A stretch of DNA of 64,000 nucleotides, taken from NCBI GenBank assembly GCA_965223265.1, contig OZ244999.1, forward strand, positions 5,088,001 through 5,152,000, in the 5' to 3' direction. The DNA is from Planctomycetota bacterium. Lineage in GTDB: Bacteria; Planctomycetota; UBA8108; SXIK01. The notes under the pieces were generated by a model that saw only the letters and a program-made list of their open reading frames with translations, was not told the origin of the DNA and made no database searches. The position numbers and the translations under genes were made by a program. Of this stretch, positions 31,372 to 42,952 are shown in pieces. Within the stretch, counting starts at the first letter, position 1, and the number at the start of each line of letters is the position of its first letter.

Positions 31372-32000
31372 CCGTCCTCCTCCTCGGTCAGCTCCTGGAC
31401 AGCGGTGACGTCGACAGCCTCGCCCGCGCCCGAATCCGCCTGTAGCCGCAGCCAATGGTGCTGGATTGAGCGCTTGGTTTCCGGGTGGATCCAGTCAGGA
31501 GCGATCTCGGCTGCCGGCTGCAGCACGAAGGGACGCTCCAGCATCCGCGGATGCGGGACTTCCAAGCCCGGGGCTACGATCCGTTCACTCTCGTAGAAAA
31601 GGAGATCGAGGTCGATTGTGCGTGGCCCATTTCTGACGCGGCGCACTCGCCCAAGTGCGGCCTCGACCGAATGGAGAATCCCGAGAAGGTCGCTCGGCGT
31701 CAACGTCGTCGTCAACACGAGTGCGCCGTTAAGAAACGCTCCCTGCGGCGGCCCTCCCACAGGGGCCGTCTCGATCAGTGAGGAGACACGGTCAACGGTG
31801 ATTCCCGGCGTCGCCTGGAGCATCTCGATCGATGCTGCGATCGCGGCTCGCCGATCTCCGAGGTTGGCGCCCACTGCAACCAGAGCCGCTGATTCCGGTT
31901 TGGATGCTCGGTCCCGCGGCGCAGGCGCCGCCCCGTCAATTCTCTTCACGGCCACTCTCTTCGCGGGCGCTCTCTTCACGGGCGCTCTCTTCACGGGCAC
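31368..32000 (-). CDS. folK: 2-amino-4-hydroxy-6-hydroxymethyldihydropteridine diphosphokinase
   Basis: GANLGD, FLNG, RNGPRTIDLDLL and PHPRMLERPFVL; start lies within a 15-bp repeat, exact start uncertain. Confidence 0.93.
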   Translation of the reverse strand: MPVKRAPVKRAPAKRVAVKRIDGAAPAPRDRASKPESAALVAVGANLGDRRAAIAASIEMLQATPGITVDRVSSLIETAPVGGPPQGAFLNGALVLTTTLTPSDLLGILHSVEAALGRVRRVRNGPRTIDLDLLFYESERIVAPGLEVPHPRMLERPFVLQPAAEIAPDWIHPETKRSIQHHWLRLQADSGAGEAVDVTAVQELTEEEDG

Positions 32001-32928
32001 CGTTCCGGCCTTCCGTCGGCGAGGAGTGACGCGTCAGGCGCCGCCGCGACACCCCCTCCTGATCCGTTGGCGATGCGTCATTAGGCTGTTTGGATTGTCC
32101 AGCCCTTCCCATGGCAGCGCGAATACAGAAAGCGACCGGACTGTAACAAACGTAACTCAAAAACACGATCGGTAGGACGACCTCTGGAACGACGCAAGCG
32201 AGCACTGCTGCAAAGATCAAATAGGCGAACAAGTCAAAGCTGTGTTTGCGGGCAAAAAACCAGCTACCGGCGTGGCCATACACCAGTCGGTTGGAAACCA
32301 TTGTGAAACCAAGAAACAGTGCCAGTACAGGCAGTACGACGGGAACCGAATCGACGATTCGCTGAATGCCGACCTCCCCCGTGTGACTCGCTAGCCACCG
32401 CAGCTCAGGCTTGTCGAAGCTCGACAGATACGCATAGAAAATCGACAGCGATGCGATGCAGCCCGCCGCGCCGGGGGTCGGCAACCCCTTGAAGGCCATA
32501 TGACTGCTCTCGTCCGGAGAATTCTCGGCCGTAAAACGAGCCAGACGCAGAGTCGCCCCAACGAAGTACGCCAACGAAAAAATCGTCACGATTCTACCCC
32601 ACGTCGGCGACGCCGCATGGCTCATCTGGATGATCATGAACGCCGGAACGAGCCCAAAGGTGATCAAATCGCAGAGTGAATCGAGCTGCGCCCCGAGCGC
32701 ACTCGAGCCACCGGAGACGCGCGCCACCTTGCCGTCGAAGACGTCGAAAACCATACCGACAAAGACGAGCCAGGCAGCGGACGCCAAGATCTGAGTGACG
32801 TCGACGCCGTCGGGCACCGGAGCGCCAGGGCCGGGGATCTTCCGCAGAAGAACGATCGCCATGAAACCGCAGGCGCCGTTACAGATCGTCAGTAGACTCG
32901 GGAGCAGCACGCTACGGTTGACTTCCAT
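31936..32928 (-). CDS. pssA: CDP-diacylglycerol--serine O-phosphatidyltransferase
   Basis: DVFDGKVAR...GAQLDSLCDLITFG, LRLARF and FKGLPTP; next to psd. Confidence 0.9.
   Translation of the reverse strand: MEVNRSVLLPSLLTICNGACGFMAIVLLRKIPGPGAPVPDGVDVTQILASAAWLVFVGMVFDVFDGKVARVSGGSSALGAQLDSLCDLITFGLVPAFMIIQMSHAASPTWGRIVTIFSLAYFVGATLRLARFTAENSPDESSHMAFKGLPTPGAAGCIASLSIFYAYLSSFDKPELRWLASHTGEVGIQRIVDSVPVVLPVLALFLGFTMVSNRLVYGHAGSWFFARKHSFDLFAYLIFAAVLACVVPEVVLPIVFLSYVCYSPVAFCIRAAMGRAGQSKQPNDASPTDQEGVSRRRLTRHSSPTEGRNGAREESAREESAREESGREEN
31941..32000. repeat. 15-bp tandem repeat x4 (TCTCTTCACGGGCGC) spanning the pssA end and folK start
   Basis: Units at 31941, 31956, 31971 and 31986; read as (REESA)n in pssA and (PVKRA)n in folK. 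Confidence 0.85.
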
Positions 32929-33082
32929 CGACAAACAGGATCTCCGCCAATTTCGGGACCGCGGCAAAAACTACGGACGACTTCCAGCCGCAAAGCGCAG
33001 CTGTGGGTTGCCCGCCATGTTCTAGCCTCGAGCTTGGCCGTTTCGCGCCGGCCTGGCCGGACGAGCTTGCCGGGGAGCGTCG

Positions 33083-33919
33083 TTAACGCTGCGGTATCAC
33101 TCCCGCAGAATCAACATCAAACGTCGCCAAAACCGTCTCGCCGCCACTCACCTTATCGCCAACACGTACCCGCACATCCGGACGCAGCCGCTCGGGAATC
33201 AAGATCTCGGTTCGAGAACCATACTTGATCATACCCAACAGGCCACCCCGCGCAACGCCAACACCCGTGCCGAGAGGGCAAATAATGCGTCGTGCCACCG
33301 CCCCGGAGATTTGACGGATCGCGATGCAGACGCCAGGAGGAAAGGGAGGCTCCGTGCATTCAAGCACGATCGTGTTCGACTCGTTTTCCTGTGCCGCACG
33401 TCGATCGCGCGCGTCATGAAAGAATCCAGGTCGATAGCGAACAGCGCGAATGCAGCCGGACGTTGGAGCTCGGTTGACGTGGACGCTAAAGATCGAAAGA
33501 AAAATACCGATGCGCACGCACGGTTCGTCGATCTCCGCTGGAATCCCGTCTGCGGCGGTTGCCAGTGATTCGATATCCCAGATGGTGCCGTCGGCGGGCG
33601 CGACGAACAGCGCCGGGGCGTCCGGCACACGTCGCTTCGGGTTGCGAAAGAACAGCACCCCCAAAGCCGCAGCCGACGCGATCGGGACCAGGGCGAGAAA
33701 CCACCAGATCGACGCGGTCAACGCTAACACCACCGTGAGGCTGGACAAAGCCAACGCGAGAGTCAAGTTGATCAAGATTTCGCGATCGCCCCACGCCACG
33801 AGGTATCTCTCATCAGCACGGAGCAGGTGGTCGGGATGCGCGCGGCGTTCGATCACTGCGTCTGTGGCGACGCGCAGCGCGCCACGGTGTCCGACGGCTG
33901 TGGTAGAATCGTCGATCAC
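33083..33919 (-). CDS. psd: Phosphatidylserine decarboxylase proenzyme (start uncertain)
   Basis: FFRNP, APADG, IFLSIFSVHVNRAP, ARRI and the KYGSRT cleavage motif. Confidence 0.9.
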   Translation of the reverse strand: MIDDSTTAVGHRGALRVATDAVIERRAHPDHLLRADERYLVAWGDREILINLTLALALSSLTVVLALTASIWWFLALVPIASAAALGVLFFRNPKRRVPDAPALFVAPADGTIWDIESLATAADGIPAEIDEPCVRIGIFLSIFSVHVNRAPTSGCIRAVRYRPGFFHDARDRRAAQENESNTIVLECTEPPFPPGVCIAIRQISGAVARRIICPLGTGVGVARGGLLGMIKYGSRTEILIPERLRPDVRVRVGDKVSGGETVLATFDVDSAGVIPQR

Positions 33920-34295
33920 TCACCCTCCCGGCTGGATTGAAGTTGACAGTTCTTTCAGGCTCCGTTAGAAGCCGAGGTTACTCGGATCGGTCCCCAGGAG
34001 AAAGAGCCTCACGTCGAAATCGGATCAAAGGTGCCGCGGTTGGCCACGGCAGCGCGGAAACCCGAATCCTCCTTGACCCTCGTGACGTTTGCCTCAAGGC
34101 GCAACGCCGAAACAAGGAGTGAGGGGCTAACAGGACGTAGCGGGTGCACCTGGTCCAACGACACACGCGCTCAAAAGCAGCCATCCCGTGGCGCGGGAGT
34201 CACCGTCTCCGCTTCTACCGGGACCAGACTGTGAGCCATGCGCTGGGCGAACGGGCCCAGAGAGAAACACGCAGGAAGAAATCTATAGGAACTGA

Positions 34296-36084
<1,789 letters not shown>

Positions 36085-36175
36085 CGAGCAGACGGCGCAT
36101 CGCGATCAGCTGTGGAGGTGAACGATCCTCGCGGCAGCTCGCAATCGCGTCGGTCGGCGTAGGAAGTGGATCCAA

Positions 36176-37669
36176 GTGAAGAGAAGAAAGAAACGCGCGC
36201 GACAGGGGCGCCAGGCGCGCCGGGAATCGAAGCCAACGCCCTGCTCGTCCCCAGAGGAGAAGGTCGCCGATCGCGAAATCAGCCAAGCAACGGCCGCACC
36301 GCCCCGACTCGACGAGCAGACGAGCAGCGCGCCTGCCGCAGACGACTCGCGACCACGCGATGACACGCGTGAAGACTGTCGCGAAGCGAGGGGAGAGAAA
36401 GACACGGCGCGCACCGACGCAAACAGTACCGCGCCAACGCTCGACGCCCCGGCCCGCGCCCTCGCGGCCAAACTCTCGGCGCTCTCCAGTGATTCACACG
36501 ACCGCCGCAGTGTGCGGGGCCGACAAGAAACACCCCAGTCAAACGCAGCCGACTCGATCTCTACATCGCGCCAGCCGGGCGAATGCGACGTCGACCGAAT
36601 CGATCGAGATGCGATGGCGGCTTCGCGGCAGCGAACTCCCGACGTCGAGTCGTCGACTCTCGTTCCACGAGCTGGCTCAACGCGCCCTCCACGGCACAAA
36701 TTCACAGCGCAAAAGAACTTGACGCCCACGCAGCTGCGAGGTCTCGAGAATGCGCACAAGAATTTCGCACGCGCCGCACAAGCGAAGATGGCGGCAGTTA
36801 TCCGGCGCAAGGTCAACGTCGAGCTCACTGAAATCCATCAGACGACATACTTTGAATTCTTGCGCACCCTGCCTAACCCCACCTGTCTCTTCGTCGTCGA
36901 GGCCCTCCCTGAATCGCTCGAACTCGTCGTCGAGCTCGGCCAGTCGATTGCCGGCCCGCTGATTGACCAGCTGCTGGGAGGACGCGCAGAGGACGCAACG
37001 CATGCCTCCGCTCCGCTGACGATGATCGAACAGGAAATCATCGCAACAGCACTCGATGATCTTCTTGACTCACTTGCCGATAGCTGGGCGCCGTGGTCGA
37101 GAATCCAGTTTCAACGCGGACGATGTGAGCGCACGCCCCTCAACTTACAGATCTTCGACGCGGATCAACTCGTCGTCGTCGTCGCGATGCGCCTGCGCTG
37201 TGCTGGCCACAGCGGCACCTTTCATCTCTGTTTACCAGCGCGCCCCTTCGCTGCCATCCTGTCGAGTTTCAGCTCCTCGGGGAAAACACAGGCCCGCGGT
37301 AGCGACAAAGACGCGAGGCGGCAACGCCTCTTCGAACGACTGGCTGACACGTCCGTCGAACTGCAGGCCGATTTACCGTCGATCCCCGTACGGCTGCATG
37401 ACCTGCTCACTCTACGCTGTGGCGATGTTCTCGACACACAGCTGGCCCGCGCCACGGAGGTGTCCGTGAAGGTGCAAGATCGATTGCTGCACCGGGGCCC
37501 TTTGACGAACTCGCAAGGACGCCGCGCGGTGCGCGTGACCGAACGCCTCTCCGAGACGAGCAGCGTCCGACGGACGCCGCGGTCACAGGCGGCAAACGGG
37601 ACCTCTGAGTCGCTCAGCGACACGTCGGAATCAGCGGTTGACAGCGCGAAGAACGGCGAGGAGGCGTAG
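36176..37669 (+). CDS. fliM: FliM-like flagellar motor switch protein with long disordered N-terminus (start uncertain)
   Basis: HKNFAR, QTTYFEFLRTLPNPT, LIDQLLGG and PLTMIEQ; C-terminal SpoA domain (LLTLRCGDVL). Confidence 0.75.
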   Translation: MKRRKKRARQGRQARRESKPTPCSSPEEKVADREISQATAAPPRLDEQTSSAPAADDSRPRDDTREDCREARGEKDTARTDANSTAPTLDAPARALAAKLSALSSDSHDRRSVRGRQETPQSNAADSISTSRQPGECDVDRIDRDAMAASRQRTPDVESSTLVPRAGSTRPPRHKFTAQKNLTPTQLRGLENAHKNFARAAQAKMAAVIRRKVNVELTEIHQTTYFEFLRTLPNPTCLFVVEALPESLELVVELGQSIAGPLIDQLLGGRAEDATHASAPLTMIEQEIIATALDDLLDSLADSWAPWSRIQFQRGRCERTPLNLQIFDADQLVVVVAMRLRCAGHSGTFHLCLPARPFAAILSSFSSSGKTQARGSDKDARRQRLFERLADTSVELQADLPSIPVRLHDLLTLRCGDVLDTQLARATEVSVKVQDRLLHRGPLTNSQGRRAVRVTERLSETSSVRRTPRSQAANGTSESLSDTSESAVDSAKNGEEA

Positions 37670-37849
37670 CCTGTTGAATACGTGCTTCGAGCCGAAAACT
37701 GGTCTCTTCGCGTCCAGATCGGCCGCCACCAACGCAGGCAATCTTCGGGTCCTCTTCTTTCGACTCTGATGGCGAGTATTGACGCGGCCCGTCTGGGCGT
37801 GAAGAGGCCAGTTTCTTCGGCCGAATGACTTTTTCAGGCGGGCTGGTAG
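37667..37849. mobile_element. Palindromic MITE-like repeat, copy 2
   Basis: Near-identical to 16284-16469 in the same orientation; begins at the fliM TAG stop. Confidence 0.8.
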
Positions 37850-37918
37850 GCAAAGACGCCGCAGTCTCGGTGGCACGTGAAATCTACGCCTCCCACAGCA
37901 GCCGGCTGCCGATTCCGG

Positions 37919-39151
37919 CTACCTCTGAGTCCGCCGCGGAATCCGGACGGTCTCTCCGGCGCGTAGATGCAGGTTACGACGCCGCTTGAGCGCCGGGTTG
38001 GCCTGAACGATCTCGTGCATGCGCCCTCCATCACCAAGGAAGCGCTGCGCTAGACCCCAGAGAGTCTCACCCTCACCCACCTTGTGGCTGAACGTGCCTT
38101 GGCGTTTCGGTGCTGACCGGTCGCGGGCAGTCTGCGCGTCAACGCCACGCCCGTTCGGCGTCGCCGGGTTGTTCGAAACCTGACGCGGTCTCTTCGCGGG
38201 GGGCGCCGGCACGGTCACCGTCTTCCCGGGATGCATCTTCACGCCGGAGTTTGCGGCTTGAATGAGCTCGTACTGGGGTGCGAATTCGGCTCCCCAGTAG
38301 CGTTCCGCAATCGCCCACCAGCTATCGTTCGGACGAATCACATGCCGCGTAGGAAAACGGCCGCTCTTCTCGGCGTTCGGCCGGGGCCCTGTGTTTCTCA
38401 CAACCGTTGGCGGCGCGGTGTTCTTCTCATTCTTTGACCGGTCGGGCGGAATGTCGACCGTGACAATTCCTCGGTCCACCGATCCTTCGTCGGGCGCAAC
38501 GCTGACGATCGGAACCGTGCTATCGCGGCGCTTAGGTGCCGCTGGTTGGCGTTTGTCGTCGGCGCCGAGGCTAACGGGCGGGATCGGCAGCCCGGACGGA
38601 TCCCGTGGGCCAACAATGCTCACATCCCCGAGGGGGCCGACATTCGCACTGCGGAGCCGCCCCTGACGGCCACCGCCGCCATGCTGCCCTGTGGGCGGCG
38701 AAGGAACCGGGGCCCTGGCCAAATCGCCTCTCTGTTGCGACTGGGTGTCACGGGACGGCGGCGTTCGCGGCGCTCCAGGGGACTGCGAACCCGTTGTTCG
38801 CGATGGCGCGGTCGAATCGCCGTTTTTCATGTCACGGTTCGACGCCGTGTTGTCCCGACCCGTGGGAGGCCTGGCGGGCCCCCGATTGCCGCTGACTGTC
38901 CGATTCCCCGACACGGGACGGCGGCCGGTATCGCGGGAGGTCGACTTGACCGCGGGCTTTTTCTCTCCTTGTCGCTGCACCGATCTCTTGTCGGCGGCGA
39001 TGTTCGCGGCCGTCGTCTTCGCCGTCTCTTCAGAGCTTCGAGCATCGACCGTGGAGTCCGACGGTTCAGAGCTATCCTTTACGGCCCGCGCAATCACCGC
39101 CACCAGAATCACGAGCAAAGCAACCAGGGCAACCTTCGTCCCGCTGCTCAT
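37919..39151 (-). CDS. Membrane-anchored protein with two LysM domains
   Basis: N-terminal TM, Pro/Thr/Arg-rich linker, HVIRPNDSWWAIAERYWG and HKVGEGETLWGLAQRFLGDG. Confidence 0.88.
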   Translation of the reverse strand: MSSGTKVALVALLVILVAVIARAVKDSSEPSDSTVDARSSEETAKTTAANIAADKRSVQRQGEKKPAVKSTSRDTGRRPVSGNRTVSGNRGPARPPTGRDNTASNRDMKNGDSTAPSRTTGSQSPGAPRTPPSRDTQSQQRGDLARAPVPSPPTGQHGGGGRQGRLRSANVGPLGDVSIVGPRDPSGLPIPPVSLGADDKRQPAAPKRRDSTVPIVSVAPDEGSVDRGIVTVDIPPDRSKNEKNTAPPTVVRNTGPRPNAEKSGRFPTRHVIRPNDSWWAIAERYWGAEFAPQYELIQAANSGVKMHPGKTVTVPAPPAKRPRQVSNNPATPNGRGVDAQTARDRSAPKRQGTFSHKVGEGETLWGLAQRFLGDGGRMHEIVQANPALKRRRNLHLRAGETVRIPRRTQR

Positions 39152-39762
39152 ACTTCACTTCCTTTCACCACACCGCCATTCACCATACCGCAGAATGCTA
39201 CTGAGCCGCGAACCGGCGAGGCGTGCACCGACAGACAGCGTCTTCCGAGCACACACAGTTTCGGCACGGCGCAGCCGCAAGGTCCTCTGACCGCAGCTCG
39301 ACCTCACCTGCAAGTAGCGCCAAAATGGAATCTGGCCCACTCGCGTCTCCACAGGCGAGCGTTGGTCCTCTTCACTCTCTTTTTCCCGCTCTCCCGCCTC
39401 GTCCTCTCGTCTCTCTTCTGGATTCTCTCTTCCGCTTCCCTTCTCTCGCCGCTCCATCATCGTTCGGAGCGCGTCCTCTCGTTCTTTCCATGCACGCGAC
39501 GCGTGCACGTCCGACACGAGATTCAGTCGAACCGGCCGTATCCGGCGGGACAAGATAGGCCGGTAAACTTTTGGGAATTTAAGCGGCGGCAGGGCCAGAC
39601 GTCAACAATGAATCTTGACGAACCGCGGGAAGGGCTCGTAGCGCGGAACGATCACGCCGCCGGCCGTGGTGAAGCAGCATCCCGCCTCGCCACGGCCGAC
39701 AGCTCGATCTGGCACCTTGAAGACCCTATTGTCGGCCCATTGTCGATGGGCTCCGAAGGTCT

Positions 39763-42700
39763 CTACACCTGCTCCATCGCGATGCGCTCGCGTCTCGCAA
39801 CCGAACGCGCATGCAGGATGATCAGCACGGGGCTGGCGACAAACACTGAGGAGTAGGTTCCTGCGAGGATGCCGATCAGGAAGATGAAAGCAAAGCCGCT
39901 GACCGCCTCGGTCGCAAAGAAGAGCAGGACGAAGGTCACACACAGCGTCGTCAAGGATGTCCAGAGTGTACGCGTCAAAGTCTGGTTGATGCTCAGATTA
40001 ACGATGTCTTTGAAATCCATCCGCTTCTTGGCAAACAACTGCATGTTTTCGCGGATGCGGTCAAAGATGACGATCGTGTCGTTGATCGAGTAACCAACAA
40101 TCGTAAGAATCGCCGCCAGCTCGGCGAGATTGATCTTCACAGAAAACGTGCCGCCGAAGAAGTAGTCGACCATGGCGACAAGTCCGATGCTGATGAGAAT
40201 ATCGTGAACGAGCGCCACAATGGCGGCGACACCGAAGATGAACTCAAAGCGCAGCGAAACGTAGAAGATGATCCCGAGCATCGAGATGAAAAGTGCGACA
40301 ATCGCATCCTGCTGAAGCGTCGAGGCGACCTTAGGCCCGACGGTCGCAACTTCGGAAAACGCCTCCGACAGTTCAAAAAGTCGATCGTTCCCGGCCGCTG
40401 TGGCGCCTGGTCCGTGACTATGAAAAAAATCTGTGAACGCCTCCTCGACGACGGTTTGCGGCGGTGATTCGTTCGACCGAAGGGCCTGGACCGGCGGCTG
40501 ATAGGCGTTGGTGACAAACTGATAGCGTTTGACACCGTCGGTGTCCGACACCAGAGACACTGACTCGACCGAAATCCCTGTGAAGCTTCCCACCGGCGTC
40601 CCTGACTCCGACAGGCGTGGCTGCAGATCCGGATTCGCAGCGAACGCGGCGTTGAGTCGATCCTTAAAGTCCTCTTCGGTGAGGTCCGCTTCGACTCGGA
40701 GAAAATTGACGTCCATCGTCAGATAGAAGTTGCCTTCGCTGCCAGCGTCGGTCGCCAACTTCCACTCCCGCAACGGAATGAGCGGCGGCAGGAGCAAGTT
40801 GTCCGCGCGCAGCATGTCTTCGAGTGCTGAACGGACGCGCTGGGCCGGTCCAATCTGCGACCCCGCGTCGATAGTGCCGTCTGCGACACTCGGCGCTGCG
40901 GAGATGCTGGTGCCCGCATCCGCAGGGGGCGTTGAGGCGCTCTGCGAGGTCGCCGCGTCTTCCGCCGGTGCTGATTCCGACTCTTGGGCATTCGCCGCCG
41001 GCAAACCGCCATGCCCCTCGCTGGCTCGCGTTCGCAGCGCGAACGCACTCGCCTCGTCGGACGATCCGGCCAAGGTCTGTAGAGTCCAGTCGCGGAAGAG
41101 CTCTGGCTGGGCGGTGGCAAGCGTGGCGATCTTGCTCTTCATGTCTGCGACTGAAATCGGGCGACTCAGCTGCATGTTAATGCGCGCGCCACCCGTGAAA
41201 TCGATGCCGTAGTTGTTGCTGCCGCGCGCGATCACGAGGACCCAAGTGGCGACGATCACAAACACCGAGCCCGTCAGAAAACGCCTCTGCACGCGCGGGA
41301 AGTTGATGTTGGGCGTCTCGAAGGCCTGAAGCATACGAAACGATTTGACGATCCCGACGTTGACGAGGAAGCTGACGATGAGTCGAGTGACAAAGATCGC
41401 TGTGATGAAGCTGATCACGATGCCGCTGATGAGCGTGACGGCGAATCCTTTGACGGGTCCGGTGCCGAACTGAAAGAGGACCATGCCAGTGATGAACGTC
41501 GTTAGGTTGGCATCAAAGATGACCCAAAAGGCGCGTCGATAGCCCGACGCGAGGGCCTGCAAGACCGGCTTCCCCTTCTTCAGCTCCTCGCGCACACGCT
41601 CGAAAATGAGAATGTTGGCATCCACGGCCATACCGACGGTGAGCAGAATGCCCGCCATGCCTGGGAGCGTGAGCGTCTGGCGAAAGCACGCGACGTAGGT
41701 GAGGATAAAGAAGATGTTCAGCACCAGCGCGAAATTCGCCACGAGGCCGCCGGCGAGGTAGTAGACCGCCATGATCAGCATGACGATCGCAAGGGCGCAC
41801 AAAACCGCCTGCAAGCTCGACTGAATTGAGTCTTGCCCCAAGACCGACCCGACGGTGCTCTCAGAGACAAGCGCCGGTTTGGCCGGCAAGCTGCCGCCGC
41901 GAAGGATCGTGACAATGCCGATGACATCGTCCTGTGTGAACTGCCCAGAGATCTCGCCGCTGGCGCCGATGCGCTCGCTGATGTTCGCGACCTGAATGAT
42001 GTCATTGTCGAGCGTGATCGCAAGGCCGCGGTCGACATTGCTGCCAGTCAAGTTGCCGAATTGAAAGGCGCCTTCACCGTCGAACTCGAAAAACACCGCC
42101 GGTCCGTATGTGCGCTGGCTACGAGTTGGGCTGACGCGCTTGAGGTGGCTACCGCTCACGATCTTGTCGGGCGAGTTCTCAAGCGTGCGCTTGATCGGGC
42201 GGCCGGCTTCGTTCCTCTGGGGCTGGAATCCGGCGGCTGGGTTGTCGGGATCCTTCTCGACGACGACGCGAACGACGTAGAGCGGGCGTTCCGGGCGCGG
42301 TCCCTGAAAGTTCGGGTCGGCGACTTTCTTCTCAACCCACTCGCGCTCAGCGTTGACGTAAGCCAGCTCTTCGCGCTCGATTTGAGCTTGCCGCTCGGGC
42401 GTCTGCTCGGACTCGATCGCCTCCAATCGAAACTCAAGCGTGCCGGCCGTTTCGATCTGCTGCTTGATGGCGCCGACCGACTGGGCGTCCTGGCCGGGGA
42501 GCTGAACGACCAGCTGATCCCGCCCCTGAACCGCGACGCTGATGTCTTTGAGTCCGTAGACGTTCAGGCGATTCGTGATGATGTCCTTCACTTCGCCGGC
42601 GACCTTGTCGCGCTCAGACTCAACGCGGCTGAGATCGATCGAGTAGGTCAGCTCGGAGCCGCCGACGAGGTCAATGCCGTACTGGAGTCGGGTTTCGGCG

Positions 42701-42768
42701 AGAATCCACACCCCGAGTCCGATCACGAGTGCGAGTAGGGCGAAGCCCCAGCGTGTTCTCTTGTACAT
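39763..42768 (-). CDS. secDF: Fused protein translocase subunit SecDF
   Basis: GIDLVGG, GMAVDANILIFERVREE, GPVKGFA, GIDFTGG and GYSINDTIVIFDRIRE. Confidence 0.95.
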   Translation of the reverse strand: MYKRTRWGFALLALVIGLGVWILAETRLQYGIDLVGGSELTYSIDLSRVESERDKVAGEVKDIITNRLNVYGLKDISVAVQGRDQLVVQLPGQDAQSVGAIKQQIETAGTLEFRLEAIESEQTPERQAQIEREELAYVNAEREWVEKKVADPNFQGPRPERPLYVVRVVVEKDPDNPAAGFQPQRNEAGRPIKRTLENSPDKIVSGSHLKRVSPTRSQRTYGPAVFFEFDGEGAFQFGNLTGSNVDRGLAITLDNDIIQVANISERIGASGEISGQFTQDDVIGIVTILRGGSLPAKPALVSESTVGSVLGQDSIQSSLQAVLCALAIVMLIMAVYYLAGGLVANFALVLNIFFILTYVACFRQTLTLPGMAGILLTVGMAVDANILIFERVREELKKGKPVLQALASGYRRAFWVIFDANLTTFITGMVLFQFGTGPVKGFAVTLISGIVISFITAIFVTRLIVSFLVNVGIVKSFRMLQAFETPNINFPRVQRRFLTGSVFVIVATWVLVIARGSNNYGIDFTGGARINMQLSRPISVADMKSKIATLATAQPELFRDWTLQTLAGSSDEASAFALRTRASEGHGGLPAANAQESESAPAEDAATSQSASTPPADAGTSISAAPSVADGTIDAGSQIGPAQRVRSALEDMLRADNLLLPPLIPLREWKLATDAGSEGNFYLTMDVNFLRVEADLTEEDFKDRLNAAFAANPDLQPRLSESGTPVGSFTGISVESVSLVSDTDGVKRYQFVTNAYQPPVQALRSNESPPQTVVEEAFTDFFHSHGPGATAAGNDRLFELSEAFSEVATVGPKVASTLQQDAIVALFISMLGIIFYVSLRFEFIFGVAAIVALVHDILISIGLVAMVDYFFGGTFSVKINLAELAAILTIVGYSINDTIVIFDRIRENMQLFAKKRMDFKDIVNLSINQTLTRTLWTSLTTLCVTFVLLFFATEAVSGFAFIFLIGILAGTYSSVFVASPVLIILHARSVARRERIAMEQV

Positions 42769-42952
42769 ATCCTGGTCCTCTCTTGAAGTTCCGCGATGCC
42801 CCGAACGCGTGAATCGTCGCTTTTATCGGCGCTCACGCGCTCGCGCGTTGAAGAAAAATCTCACGCGCAGGCACTCTTCACCTGTGCGCGTTCTTCCGCC
42901 ACGACTCGATCGTTTTGGCGTCCGTTCGATGAGCAGTCCGTGCCGCGAACGG

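Noticed and set aside
39155-39553. 132-aa Glu/Arg-rich ORF between secDF and the LysM gene
   Set aside because: Arises from a purine/pyrimidine-skewed low-complexity tract; no recognisable domain or convincing start, though not strictly excluded
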